Below the pieces are notes generated by a model. It was not told the DNA's origin. It saw nothing but the letters and a program-made list of their open reading frames with translations, and did no database searches. Position numbers and translations under genes: made by a program. Below, piece by piece: positions 47,825 to 55,378 of a DNA stretch of 64,000 bases (its first letter is position 1; every line of letters starts with the position of its first letter). The DNA is taken from assembly GCF_001677475.2 (NCBI RefSeq), contig NZ_CP015229.1; one strand, written 5' to 3'. This DNA comes from Escherichia coli. Lineage in GTDB: Bacteria > Pseudomonadota > Gammaproteobacteria > Enterobacterales > Enterobacteriaceae.

Positions 47825-49066
47825 ATGGCGAGAAAAACACCCCCATTAACCACAGTGCAGATCAAAGCAGCCAGACCAGCGCAAAAGGAGTACACCCTAC
47901 AGGACGGCGGTGGGCTTTTTCTCCTGGTAAAACCGTCCGGATCAAAACTCTGGCGATTTTCCTACTACCGACCATCGGACAAAAAAAGAATATTGCTGAG
48001 TTTTGGATCGCTTGAAGATGTTTCCCTGGCTGATGCCAGAAAACGCCGTAGCGAGTACAGGACGTTAATCAGTGCCGGAACTGACCCGCAGGACCATGAG
48101 AAGAAAAAACGAGAGGCAGAGGCCCGAAGACAAGGGAACACGTTCGAAAATGTGGCGGCGGCATGGTACCAGGTGAAAATCAGCCAGAATCTGGCCCCCA
48201 ACACGATTAAAGACATCTGGCGTTCGCTGGATAAATATGTATTCCCGTTCATCGGCAACACGCCAATAGATACCCTCACCGCTCGCCGCTTTGTTGAGAT
48301 ACTCACACCCATTAAAGCACGCGGCAACCTGGAAACTCTGAAACGCGTTTTACAACGCATCAATGAAGTGATGGATTTTGCTGCCAACAGTGGGCTGATT
48401 GACATCAACACCGCCGCGAACGTCCGCAAGGCATTCCCTTCCCCCACTAAAAAGCATATGCCAACCATCCGACCGGAACAGCTACCGCAGCTAATGCACG
48501 ATTTATCGGTCGCCAGCATAGAACGGCAAACCAGATTGCTAATCGAGTGGCAACTGCTGACCGTAGCACGCCCAGCCGAAGCAGCCGCCGCACGCTGGGA
48601 AGAAATAGATCTCGATGCCGAAACATGGACGATTCCAGCCGGACGCATGAAGATGCGCCGTGACCATGTGATCCCTCTTTGCGGTCAGGCGATAGCTGTA
48701 CTGGAAACAATGAAGCCAATCAGCGCACACAGGGAACATGTTTTTCCCAGCCTTAAAAATCCAATGCTGCCAATGAGCAGCCAGACCGCTAACGCTGCAT
48801 TGCGCCGGATGGGATACGCTGGTGTGCTGGTGTCTCACGGATTACGCGCCATATTCAGTACAGCAGCGAACGAGGAAGGATTCGAGCCGGACGTAATCGA
48901 GGCCGCACTCGCACACGTGGACACGAACGAGGTAAGGCGAGCATATAACCGAAGTAACTACCTGGAAAAGCGCGTGGTGCTTATGCGCTGGTGGGGGGAA
49001 TTTGTAGAGGCCGCAGCTACCGGAGTGACCATAGCCAGTGGTAAAAGGGGTATCCGTGCCGTGTAA
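47825..49066 (+). CDS. int: Tyrosine recombinase, P4-family integrase (DUF4102 arm-binding N-terminus plus catalytic domain)
   Basis: 413 aa from MARKTPPLTTVQIKAARPAQKEYTLQDGGGLFLLVKPSGSKLWRFSYY, a typical P4/CP4-57-type N-terminus. The C-terminus has HGLRAIFST (HxxR) and ...RRAYNRSNY (catalytic Tyr region). It is adjacent to the tRNA attachment site. Confidence 0.92.
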   Translation: MARKTPPLTTVQIKAARPAQKEYTLQDGGGLFLLVKPSGSKLWRFSYYRPSDKKRILLSFGSLEDVSLADARKRRSEYRTLISAGTDPQDHEKKKREAEARRQGNTFENVAAAWYQVKISQNLAPNTIKDIWRSLDKYVFPFIGNTPIDTLTARRFVEILTPIKARGNLETLKRVLQRINEVMDFAANSGLIDINTAANVRKAFPSPTKKHMPTIRPEQLPQLMHDLSVASIERQTRLLIEWQLLTVARPAEAAAARWEEIDLDAETWTIPAGRMKMRRDHVIPLCGQAIAVLETMKPISAHREHVFPSLKNPMLPMSSQTANAALRRMGYAGVLVSHGLRAIFSTAANEEGFEPDVIEAALAHVDTNEVRRAYNRSNYLEKRVVLMRWWGEFVEAAATGVTIASGKRGIRAV

Positions 49067-49164
49067 CTGTACAAAAAACCAGTAAAAGCGATGCAAACCA
49101 TGCCAAACCATCGTATAATTGCCACAAATTTAACGACAAGGCCGGAGTATATGAAAATTCTATT

Positions 49165-49395
49165 ATGCAAAATACCACCGCCTACGGCGAAGGGCTGCAA
49201 CTGGCGTTAATGGCAAATCGTGAATTCTGGTCAACATACGATCCGGAAGACAAATCAACAGCCCCCACAAAACACGAGGTAGTCAGTTTTTTGCGCTCGC
49301 GTGGTGCATCGAAAAATCTGGCTGAAAGCATCGACAAGGTGCTGAGGCCCACCAGCCTTAAATGCGGTGGGCGACCTAAGAAGTGGAAACGGTAA
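49165..49395 (+). CDS. Hypothetical small basic-tailed protein (76 aa)
   Basis: ORF MQNTTAYGEGLQLAL...CGGRPKKWKR is followed by a terminator, with a perfect TATAAT at 49114-49119 upstream. There is no convincing SD, and a competing 19-codon ORF with a better SD starts at 49151. Confidence 0.4.
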   Translation: MQNTTAYGEGLQLALMANREFWSTYDPEDKSTAPTKHEVVSFLRSRGASKNLAESIDKVLRPTSLKCGGRPKKWKR

Positions 49396-49400
49396 TCACA

Positions 49401-49430
49401 ATAGCGGCCCTTTGCGGTCGCTATTTTTTT
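49401..49430 (+). terminator. Rho-independent terminator between the int unit and the alpA unit
   Basis: ATAGCGGCC-CTTTG-CGGTCGCTAT imperfect stem followed by TTTTTTT. Confidence 0.65.
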
Positions 49431-49460
49431 GCAGAAAGAAAAGCGTAATCAATGAGATAA

Positions 49461-49500
49461 AAAACAGTGGGTACCGTTTTAAAACGGTGGGTACTGTTTT
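49461..49500. promoter_or_regulatory. Tandem 20-bp repeat / palindrome (candidate operator) upstream of alpA
   Basis: AAAACAGTGGGTACCGTTTT is followed by AAAACGGTGGGTACTGTTTT (18/20 identical). The junction forms the perfect 16-bp palindrome ACCGTTTTAAAACGGT (49473-49488). It lies 66-105 bp upstream of the alpA GTG. Confidence 0.6.
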
Positions 49501-49565
49501 TCCCGCCCTGCCCTGTTTTACCGTATTTATCACCGGAATACGCCGGATTAACGAGGTAAAACATA

Positions 49566-49772
49566 GTGGAAACAATCAGAAAAATACTTACCCGTCAGGA
49601 AGTAAAAAATATTCTGCGCATCAAGGCAGACAGTTCGCTACAGGACATGATCAACGCCGGAAAATTCCCGAAAGGCTTCAAAATCGGTCTGCGTCGTGTT
49701 GGCTGGTATGAAGATGAAGTGCTGGCCTGGCTGAAAGAGCGCGAGGAAGAAGCGCGCGGAACGGCTGCGTAA
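49566..49772 (+). CDS. alpA: AlpA-family (MerR-like HTH) transcriptional regulator/excisionase-type protein
   Basis: 68 aa (GTG start): ...ILTRQEVKNILRIKADSSLQDMINAGKFPKGFKIGLRRVGWYEDEVLAWL. It fits the AlpA pattern (L.EV...G.S.ST.Y.....G.FP.P.K.G.R.V.W...EV..W). Confidence 0.8.
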   Translation: METIRKILTRQEVKNILRIKADSSLQDMINAGKFPKGFKIGLRRVGWYEDEVLAWLKEREEEARGTAA

Positions 49773-49922
49773 TGGTGTGAGGCGTAACGCGATGAACATA
49801 ACAAAAAGCGCCCCGTTGCCGGAGCGCCCTTGCGAACAATTAACCTACTGCGCAAAAAATGAATCAGTGCAGTGGGATTATATCAACCGTGTAGCGAAGC
49901 GCCACAATTGCCGGATAACAGG

Positions 49923-49951
49923 CAAAACAAAGGCCACCCGCTACGGTGGCC
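49923..49951 (-). terminator. Rho-independent terminator (minus strand) downstream of the RHH gene
   Basis: GGCCACC-CGCTAC-GGTGGCC perfect 7-bp stem. On the minus strand it is followed by TTTGTTTTG. Confidence 0.6.
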
Positions 49952-50054
49952 CTTCGACACAAGCTACACGTTATCCCCAACGCATAAGCGCTGATTACTA
50001 TGCCGTGATTACATCCGGTTGGCAATGTGATCAGTGCGCTGGCTTGCTGGTGGG

Positions 50055-50234
50055 CTATTCCTGCTCTTTGGCCTTGCGTCGCTGGCGGCGTTTGATCTCG
50101 CCTTGCATTGACGCAATGATGAATTGTGATGTGCTTTCGCCTGATTCTTTCACTGATTCCATGGCGTTTACTATTTCGTGTGGTACACGAGCCTTTAGAG
50201 CTTGTGATTTTGCGTTTGTTGTACCCGTTGCCAT
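50055..50234 (-). CDS. Putative ribbon-helix-helix (Arc/CopG-like) DNA-binding protein, candidate island repressor
   Basis: 59 aa, MATGTTNAKSQALKARVPHEIVNAMESVKESGESTSQFIIASMQGEIKRRQRRKAKEQE. It has a strong SD (AGAGGAATAGAAATG), a beta-strand/helix/helix pattern and a basic tail. It is transcribed divergently from the replication operon. Confidence 0.6.
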   Translation of the reverse strand: MATGTTNAKSQALKARVPHEIVNAMESVKESGESTSQFIIASMQGEIKRRQRRKAKEQE

Positions 50235-50433
50235 TTCTATTCCTCTGTTGGATTGGTGGGGGACAGTATACACAGAAAAAGCACAAATAAAACTCTTAAT
50301 GTGGACCACACCTAGAGCATATAGTGGGCCACACCTTGAGGTTATCAAGGTGCATAAATGCAAAGCCCCGCAAGTGTCGTTACCACTCGCAGGGCTTCTA
50401 ACCACCAACGATAGCAGAAGTATCGAGGTAGCT

Positions 50434-50640
50434 ATGTTAAATCATACCACACACCCGCAAGGGCGGGACTCGCACAACCTGAATAAATACATCTGGCGTT
50501 TTATCGCTCTGAGCACGGCACAACCGCGCGTGATTACCATTGAGGCCACCAGCGAACAGGAAGCACGTCAGCAATCTCCTGATGGCTGCGTGATGGTATT
50601 CGCCGCCCGTATTCGTCAGGAGGTGCGCCATGTGCAATAA
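50434..50640 (+). CDS. Icd-like small protein (first gene of the rightward early operon)
   Basis: 68 aa, MLNHTTHPQGRDSHNLNKYIWRFIALSTAQPRVITIEATSEQEARQQSPDGCVMVFAARIRQEVRHVQ, with the SD GAGG 5 nt upstream. The composition and C-terminal ...EQEAR...ARI.QEVRH motif resemble proteins I recall as annotated host cell division inhibitor Icd-like in P4-like elements. This is memory-based. It is the only credible part of the 287-aa track ORF. Confidence 0.45.
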   Translation: MLNHTTHPQGRDSHNLNKYIWRFIALSTAQPRVITIEATSEQEARQQSPDGCVMVFAARIRQEVRHVQ

Positions 50641-50866
50641 CACCCGTCCGGACGCAGCCGCCGAGGCTATCAGAACGCTGATGGACGCGCTGATTGATAT
50701 TTCTGTTATCGCAGACAAGGCGCATAAGCACGCCACCAGCGAAACAGAATATGCCGGGGCTTTCGTTCCTCACTCACTGGCTGTTATGCAATTTAGTGCT
50801 GATATGGCGCTGAATGAGGCCAGCAAAATTATCATGGCTGATATGGAGGTGGTGAGCCATGAATAA
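50630..50866 (+). CDS. Hypothetical protein (78 aa)
   Basis: Its ATG overlaps the upstream stop (ATGTGCAATAA), indicating translational coupling. The sequence is helical and acidic, with no recognisable family. Confidence 0.5.
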   Translation: MCNNTRPDAAAEAIRTLMDALIDISVIADKAHKHATSETEYAGAFVPHSLAVMQFSADMALNEASKIIMADMEVVSHE

Positions 50867-51107
50867 TCATGATTATGCGGGGGCGATTATGCGAAATAAA
50901 CGTGATATTGAAGACCTGGCATTTGAAGCCCTGCACTCTGCGAAAAAGATCAGGGAAGTCGTCAATATGTGGATGAACAGCCTTAGCACCGATAAATCCG
51001 ATAGCAGAGAGGAAATTCTTATTTCTTTGTTGTTAGACCTGGCAAATACACAGGTTTCTCTGACATCTGATATTGAACTCGCCGCTAAAAAGCTGCCTCT
51101 GGAGTAA
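50859..51107 (+). CDS. Hypothetical protein (82 aa)
   Basis: Its start overlaps the previous gene by 8 nt (ATGAATAA). No recognisable family. Confidence 0.5.
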   Translation: MNNHDYAGAIMRNKRDIEDLAFEALHSAKKIREVVNMWMNSLSTDKSDSREEILISLLLDLANTQVSLTSDIELAAKKLPLE

Positions 51108-51113
51108 AAAAAC

Positions 51114-51413
51114 ATGAAAAAGAAAAATTCTGGCTTTACTGCCAGTGGTCTCCCTCGGCCTGAAATCCGCCCCGGCGATATTTTCCGGGATAACTACGGC
51201 GGCACGGTAACGATTAAAAGTATTGCCGGACGGTGCGTTACTTACCGCCGTGATGGGTACAGCTACGACTGCGTGATGCCTGTTTATCAGTTCCGGCGTG
51301 ATTTTTCACTGATACAGGCCACACCACGCAAACAGCCCACCAGCAACGCAAAGGCACGGGCAAATATTCAGAAAATGAAAAACATGATTAACGCATTCAG
51401 GGGCACAAAATGA
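51114..51413 (+). CDS. DUF4222-like small protein (99 aa)
   Basis: PGDIFRDNYGGTVTIKSIAGRCVTYRRDGYSYDCVMPVYQFRRDF fits the pattern D.(Y/F)RD..G..VT......V.F.RDGY...C..P...F...F that I associate with prophage DUF4222 proteins. This is memory-based. Confidence 0.5.
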   Translation: MKKKNSGFTASGLPRPEIRPGDIFRDNYGGTVTIKSIAGRCVTYRRDGYSYDCVMPVYQFRRDFSLIQATPRKQPTSNAKARANIQKMKNMINAFRGTK

Positions 51414-53215
51414 AACTGGCACCGAACTTAAAAAAACAGCCACACGACAAAATGACCGAAGTCATTATTTTTGCAGGTAGTGATGCCTGGGCGCACGCGA
51501 AACAGTGGCAGGAACAGGACGGGCGACTTGCTGGCGACAACGTGCCACCTGTATGGCTGGGAGACAGCCAGCTTGACGAACTGGCAGACCTGAAAATTAT
51601 CGACGATGGTCGCTATTGTGTCCGGCTGTACAAGGCAGGCCACATCAAGCCGTCAAATATTAATGCCATCGGGCAAAAGCTGGCGGCGGCAGGTGTACGG
51701 GATGCGAGATATTACCCTGAGGGAATGCACAGCCAGAAGCGGGAGGAGTGGCGCGAATATCTGGAGCGTGCGCGCCAGAATCTTTCTGATGGTCTGGTTA
51801 TTCAGCTTCCTGTTAAGAAAAAAACAGAAGACAGCGCCGCACCACTGGCGCTTAACCAGATGGGAGCAAGCCAGCGCGGCGAAGTTCTCCTGGCACGTTA
51901 TGGCGGCGAACTGGCAATTAATGCGGACTCTGACACCGTTCACCACTACAACGGCGTTGTATGGGAGCCGGTACAGGATAAAGAGTTACAGCGGGCTATG
52001 GCACAGATTTTTATTGATGCGGAGATCAGTTATTCGCAGAACGCCATCAAATCGGCGGTCGATACCATGAAGTTAAGTTTGCCCGTAATGGGGAATACCG
52101 CCCGTAACCTGATTGGATTCAGTAACGGTGTTTTTGATACCCGGACAGGCGATTTTCGGGAGCATGACAAAAACGACTGGCTGTTAATTGCCAGTGAATT
52201 ACCGTTCAGCCCGCCAGCAGAGGGGGAAACGCTGGCAACGCATGCGCCGAATTTCTGGAAATGGTTGCGCCGTTCGGTGGCAGAGAATGGCCGTAAAGCG
52301 GATCGCGTACTGGCGGCGTTATTCATGGTGCTGGCGAACCGATACGACTGGCAGTTATTTCTTGAGGTAACGGGGCCGGGTGGAAGCGGTAAAAGCGTAA
52401 TGGCGGAGATTTGCACCATGCTGGCGGGTAAGGCCAACACGGTATCGGCAAGCATGAAGGCGCTGGAAGATGCCAGGGAACGCGCGTTAGTGGTTGGCTT
52501 TTCGCTGATTATCATGCCGGATATGACCCGCTACGCTGGTGATGGTGCAGGTATTAAGGCCATTACAGGCGGTGACAAAGTGGCAATCGACCCGAAACAT
52601 AAAGCTCCCTACTCAACACGCATTCAGGCGGTCGTGCTGGCGGTGAACAATAACGCCATGTCATTCAGTGACCGCAGTGGGGGGATCTCACGTCGTCGGG
52701 TGATATTCAATTTTTCGGAGGTTGTACCGGAGAACGAACGCGACCCCATGCTGGCAGAAAAAATAGAAGGAGAGCTGGCGGTTGTGATTCGCCACCTGCT
52801 TACTCGTTTTTCTGACCAGGACAAAGCTAAACGCCTGCTGTATGAGCAGCAGAAATCAGAAGAAGCTCTGGTGATAAAACGCGAGGGCGATTCGCTGGTG
52901 GACTTCTGCGGCTATCTCATGTCGTCGGTAATGTGTGATGGTCTGTTAGTGGGTAATGCCGAAATTATTCCGTTCAGTCCGCGCAGATATCTTTATCACG
53001 CCTATCTGGCATATATGAGGGCACACGGATTCGGTAAACCTGTAACACTGACGCGCTTCGGTAAAGATATGCCGGGGGCAATGGCGGAATATGGCAGGGA
53101 GTATATGAAACGGAAAACGAAGCACGGTTTGCGTTCAAATGTGACCCTGACAGAGGATTCAGAAGACTGGATGCCATCATGTACATCGGTCACAAATGAC
53201 GATGGAAAAAATTAA
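51410..53215 (+). CDS. Replication initiator: primase / SF3 (D5-like) helicase fusion (Pri-Rep)
   Basis: 601 aa with Walker A VTGPGGSGKS and a Walker B-like LIIMPD. The length and architecture are typical of P4-alpha/PICI Pri-Rep proteins. Its ATGA overlaps the upstream gene and it is followed immediately by iterons. Confidence 0.8.
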   Translation: MKLAPNLKKQPHDKMTEVIIFAGSDAWAHAKQWQEQDGRLAGDNVPPVWLGDSQLDELADLKIIDDGRYCVRLYKAGHIKPSNINAIGQKLAAAGVRDARYYPEGMHSQKREEWREYLERARQNLSDGLVIQLPVKKKTEDSAAPLALNQMGASQRGEVLLARYGGELAINADSDTVHHYNGVVWEPVQDKELQRAMAQIFIDAEISYSQNAIKSAVDTMKLSLPVMGNTARNLIGFSNGVFDTRTGDFREHDKNDWLLIASELPFSPPAEGETLATHAPNFWKWLRRSVAENGRKADRVLAALFMVLANRYDWQLFLEVTGPGGSGKSVMAEICTMLAGKANTVSASMKALEDARERALVVGFSLIIMPDMTRYAGDGAGIKAITGGDKVAIDPKHKAPYSTRIQAVVLAVNNNAMSFSDRSGGISRRRVIFNFSEVVPENERDPMLAEKIEGELAVVIRHLLTRFSDQDKAKRLLYEQQKSEEALVIKREGDSLVDFCGYLMSSVMCDGLLVGNAEIIPFSPRRYLYHAYLAYMRAHGFGKPVTLTRFGKDMPGAMAEYGREYMKRKTKHGLRSNVTLTEDSEDWMPSCTSVTNDDGKN

Positions 53216-53228
53216 ACTTATGGAATAA

Positions 53229-53459
53229 CTGTTCACCACTGTTCACCCTGTCATAAATGTCTTTTATATCAGTACATTATAGGGTGAACAGTTATTTGTG
53301 AACTGTTCACCAAACTATTCACTGTTCACCTTTTTGATTATTTATTGAGCTTTAAGGGTGAACAGTGGTGAACAGTTGGTGAATAGTTTTTGTGAAACTG
53401 TTCACCCCTTAACATCATGAATAAAAAGGGAAAATAGCAAAAGGTGAACAGGTGAAGAG
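53229..53459. repeat. Iteron cluster, putative island replication origin
   Basis: There are nine perfect copies of the 9-mer CTGTTCACC / GGTGAACAG. Forward copies are at 53229, 53239, 53303, 53322 and 53398. Reverse copies are at 53283, 53357, 53367 and 53443. Three degenerate copies are at 53315, 53378 and 53451. A/T-rich spacers are interspersed, and the cluster lies directly 3' of the primase-helicase gene. Confidence 0.85.
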
Positions 53460-53502
53460 TTAAAATGCAAAAATTTTATTTTATTGCTGTGAGGTAAAGC
53501 CT

Positions 53503-53748
53503 GTGACAACGAAGCACGCAAAAAAACCACAATCACACGCCCTTGATTTGACAGAACACTGGCTGAGGGTGGCGATAAAAATCATCGACCGCAACGCGGG
53601 AGAAGGATACGCGAAAGCGCATCCCGAACTGATAAGCGCATTCATGACCACGGCGGCGGCAAATTTTGCCACACTGACAGAACGGGAGATTGCCGAAGCG
53701 GAACAGGTGACAACCATCAACGTTAAAACCGGAGAGCAGACAGCATGA
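53503..53748 (+). CDS. Hypothetical protein (81 aa)
   Basis: GTG-initiated ORF whose stop overlaps the ssb-like ATG (ATGA). No recognisable family. Confidence 0.45.
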   Translation: MTTKHAKKPQSHALDLTEHWLRVAIKIIDRNAGEGYAKAHPELISAFMTTAAANFATLTEREIAEAEQVTTINVKTGEQTA

Positions 53749-54044
53749 CAGCACAGATAGCGGCTTGCGGGCGGCTGGTGGCTGACCCGCAGTTAAAGAC
53801 CACCAGCAAAGGGACACAAATGGCGATGGCGAGTATGGCGGTTCCCCTGCCGTGCAGCCAGGCAGATGACGGAACGGCGACGATGTGGTTATCTGTCCTG
53901 GCGTTTGGCAGACAGGCCGACGCACTGGCAAAACACCACAAAGGCGAACTCCTGAGCGTGGCGGGTAACATGCAGGTGAGCCAGTGGACAGGCCAGAACG
54001 GCGCGACCGGGCGGCAAAAAAGGTCAACAGGGCCAGGCCACTGA
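53745..54044 (+). CDS. ssb: SSB-like OB-fold protein, apparently frameshifted (the conserved C-terminal tail continues in the +1 frame to 54111)
   Basis: IAACGRLVADPQLKTTSKGTQMAMASMAV...WLSVLAFGRQADALAKHHKGELLSVAGNMQVSQWTGQNG parallels E. coli SSB (ILVGNLGQDPEVRYMPNG...[40 protein letters not shown]). The +1 frame from 54010 reads GGKKGQQGQATDALNRAKQQSGNDEPYGDNIPF*, which carries the SSB acidic tip motif D-x-IPF. Confidence 0.7.
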   Translation: MTAQIAACGRLVADPQLKTTSKGTQMAMASMAVPLPCSQADDGTATMWLSVLAFGRQADALAKHHKGELLSVAGNMQVSQWTGQNGATGRQKRSTGPGH

Positions 54045-54128
54045 CGCACTGAACAGGGCAAAACAACAGTCAGGGAATGATGAACCGTACGGCGATAATA
54101 TACCGTTTTAAATTCTGCAAACAAAAAG

Positions 54129-54157
54129 ATGCCGGAAAAAAATAGATTTTCCGGCAT
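54129..54157. terminator. Strong hairpin separating the replication module from the head module
   Basis: ATGCCGGAAAA-(7 nt)-TTTTCCGGCAT perfect 11-bp stem. There is no U-tract on the plus strand (T-rich on the minus strand), so terminator function is uncertain. Confidence 0.4.
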
Positions 54158-54322
54158 GCTACATAAATCCCGACCAAAGGAAGTAAATACATTAACACGA
54201 ATTATCAGCACTGAAGTTGTCACGGCATATTTTATACAACATTGCACTTGGTTGCATGTATTCGCATAGCAGACATCGGTAATAGAATATATTCACAATT
54301 ATTTGTAATGAATGTAAAGAGG

Positions 54323-55369
54323 ATGAGTATGGTTGATTTATATTCGCCTACACAGCTTGTGCAGGTGGCTAATGCTGAAGATGTGCAAAAAAAATTAAAT
54401 GCGTTGTTTACCAGTTTGTTTTTCACTCGCTCGGTAATGTTTGAATCGAGAGACATTATTCTTGATACGATCGACGATCCAAATATCCCGATCGCGGCGT
54501 TTTGCTCTCCTATGGTGGGCAGTAAAGTTTCACGAGATGAGGGATACGAATCAAAAACAATTCGCCCTGGCTATATGAAACCGAAAAGCAGTATTGATCC
54601 AAATAAGTTAGCTGTGCGCCCTGCTGGTGTATCACCTGAGCAATACAATGCTTTTGGGGCGCGTAATATTAAAGTTAAACAGGCGATTGTAAATCAGGCT
54701 AAAGCTATTCGTGCACGTATTGAATGGCTTGCTGTTCAGGCAATCACAACGGGGAAAAATATCATTGAGGGCGATGGTATTGAACGTTATGAGCTGGACT
54801 GGAATATAAAACCACAAAATATCATCACTCAGTCTGGCGGTACTGAGTGGTCAGGTAAGGATAAAGAAACTTTTGATCCAAATGATGATATTGAGAGCTA
54901 CGCAGAATTTAGTGAGGGCGTCACTAATATCATCATTATGGGTGGTAATGTATGGAAGAAATACCGTTCATTCAGAGCGATAAAAGAGGCTTTGGATACC
55001 CGTCGTGGTTCTAATTCCGAACTGGAAACGGCCCTTAAAGACCTTGGTGATTCGGTGAGTTTTAAAGGGTATATGGGCGATGTTGCGATTGTTGTTTACA
55101 GCGGGCGTTATACCGACGAGGACGGAACAGAAAAACATTTCCTTGATCCTGATTTGATGGTGCTTGGCAATACGGCTCTTCAGGGGATTGTCGCCTATGG
55201 CGGTATTCAGGATCCGGAGCTAATCCGAATGGGGCTGACTAAAGCCGAACTTGCACCGAAAAACTATATTGTGCCTGGTGATCCGGCTATTGAATATGTG
55301 CAGACACATTCAGCACCACAGCCAATACCGGCCCGCATCAATCGTTTTGTTACCGTTCGCATTGGCTAA
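54323..55369 (+). CDS. Major capsid protein, lambda gpE family
   Basis: 348 aa from MSMVDLYSPTQLV (lambda gpE: MSMYTTAQLL), collinear over the full length. The blocks ITQSGGTEWSGKDKETFDPNDDIESYA and LDTRRGSNSELETALKDLGDSVSFKGYMGDVAIVVYSGRY are nearly identical to gpE as I remember it. The SD AAAGAGG is present, and an alternative start is at 54329. Confidence 0.85.
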   Translation: MSMVDLYSPTQLVQVANAEDVQKKLNALFTSLFFTRSVMFESRDIILDTIDDPNIPIAAFCSPMVGSKVSRDEGYESKTIRPGYMKPKSSIDPNKLAVRPAGVSPEQYNAFGARNIKVKQAIVNQAKAIRARIEWLAVQAITTGKNIIEGDGIERYELDWNIKPQNIITQSGGTEWSGKDKETFDPNDDIESYAEFSEGVTNIIIMGGNVWKKYRSFRAIKEALDTRRGSNSELETALKDLGDSVSFKGYMGDVAIVVYSGRYTDEDGTEKHFLDPDLMVLGNTALQGIVAYGGIQDPELIRMGLTKAELAPKNYIVPGDPAIEYVQTHSAPQPIPARINRFVTVRIG

Positions 55370-55378
55370 GGGGGAGCA

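Noticed and set aside
47965-48648. 227-aa minus-strand ORF inside int, with other antisense ORFs in int (48447-49200)
   Set aside because: They are shadow ORFs opposite a confidently identified integrase, with Ser/Arg-rich composition.
49806-49835. A second hairpin (GCGCCCCG-TTGC-CGGAGCGC) followed by T5 on the minus strand, a possible extra terminator or small-RNA 3' end downstream of the RHH gene
   Set aside because: The stem has a mismatch and lies about 220 nt beyond the RHH stop, after another better terminator (49923-49951). A small transcript ending here is possible but unsupported without expression data.
49777-50640. 287-aa plus-strand ORF spanning most of the alpA-to-early-operon gap
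   Set aside because: It is a composite read-through. It overlaps a minus-strand RHH gene that has a strong SD and its own terminator. Its N-terminal 219 codons have odd composition (Cys/Trp/Arg-rich) and no RBS. Only the last 68 codons (50434-50640), which have an SD, were kept as the Icd-like gene.
53533-54247. Two long minus-strand ORFs (177 and 174 aa) opposite the 81-aa/ssb-like genes
   Set aside because: These are antisense shadows of a GC-rich coding region. They are Cys/Arg/Pro-rich with low complexity, have no RBS, and conflict with the clear SSB homology on the plus strand.
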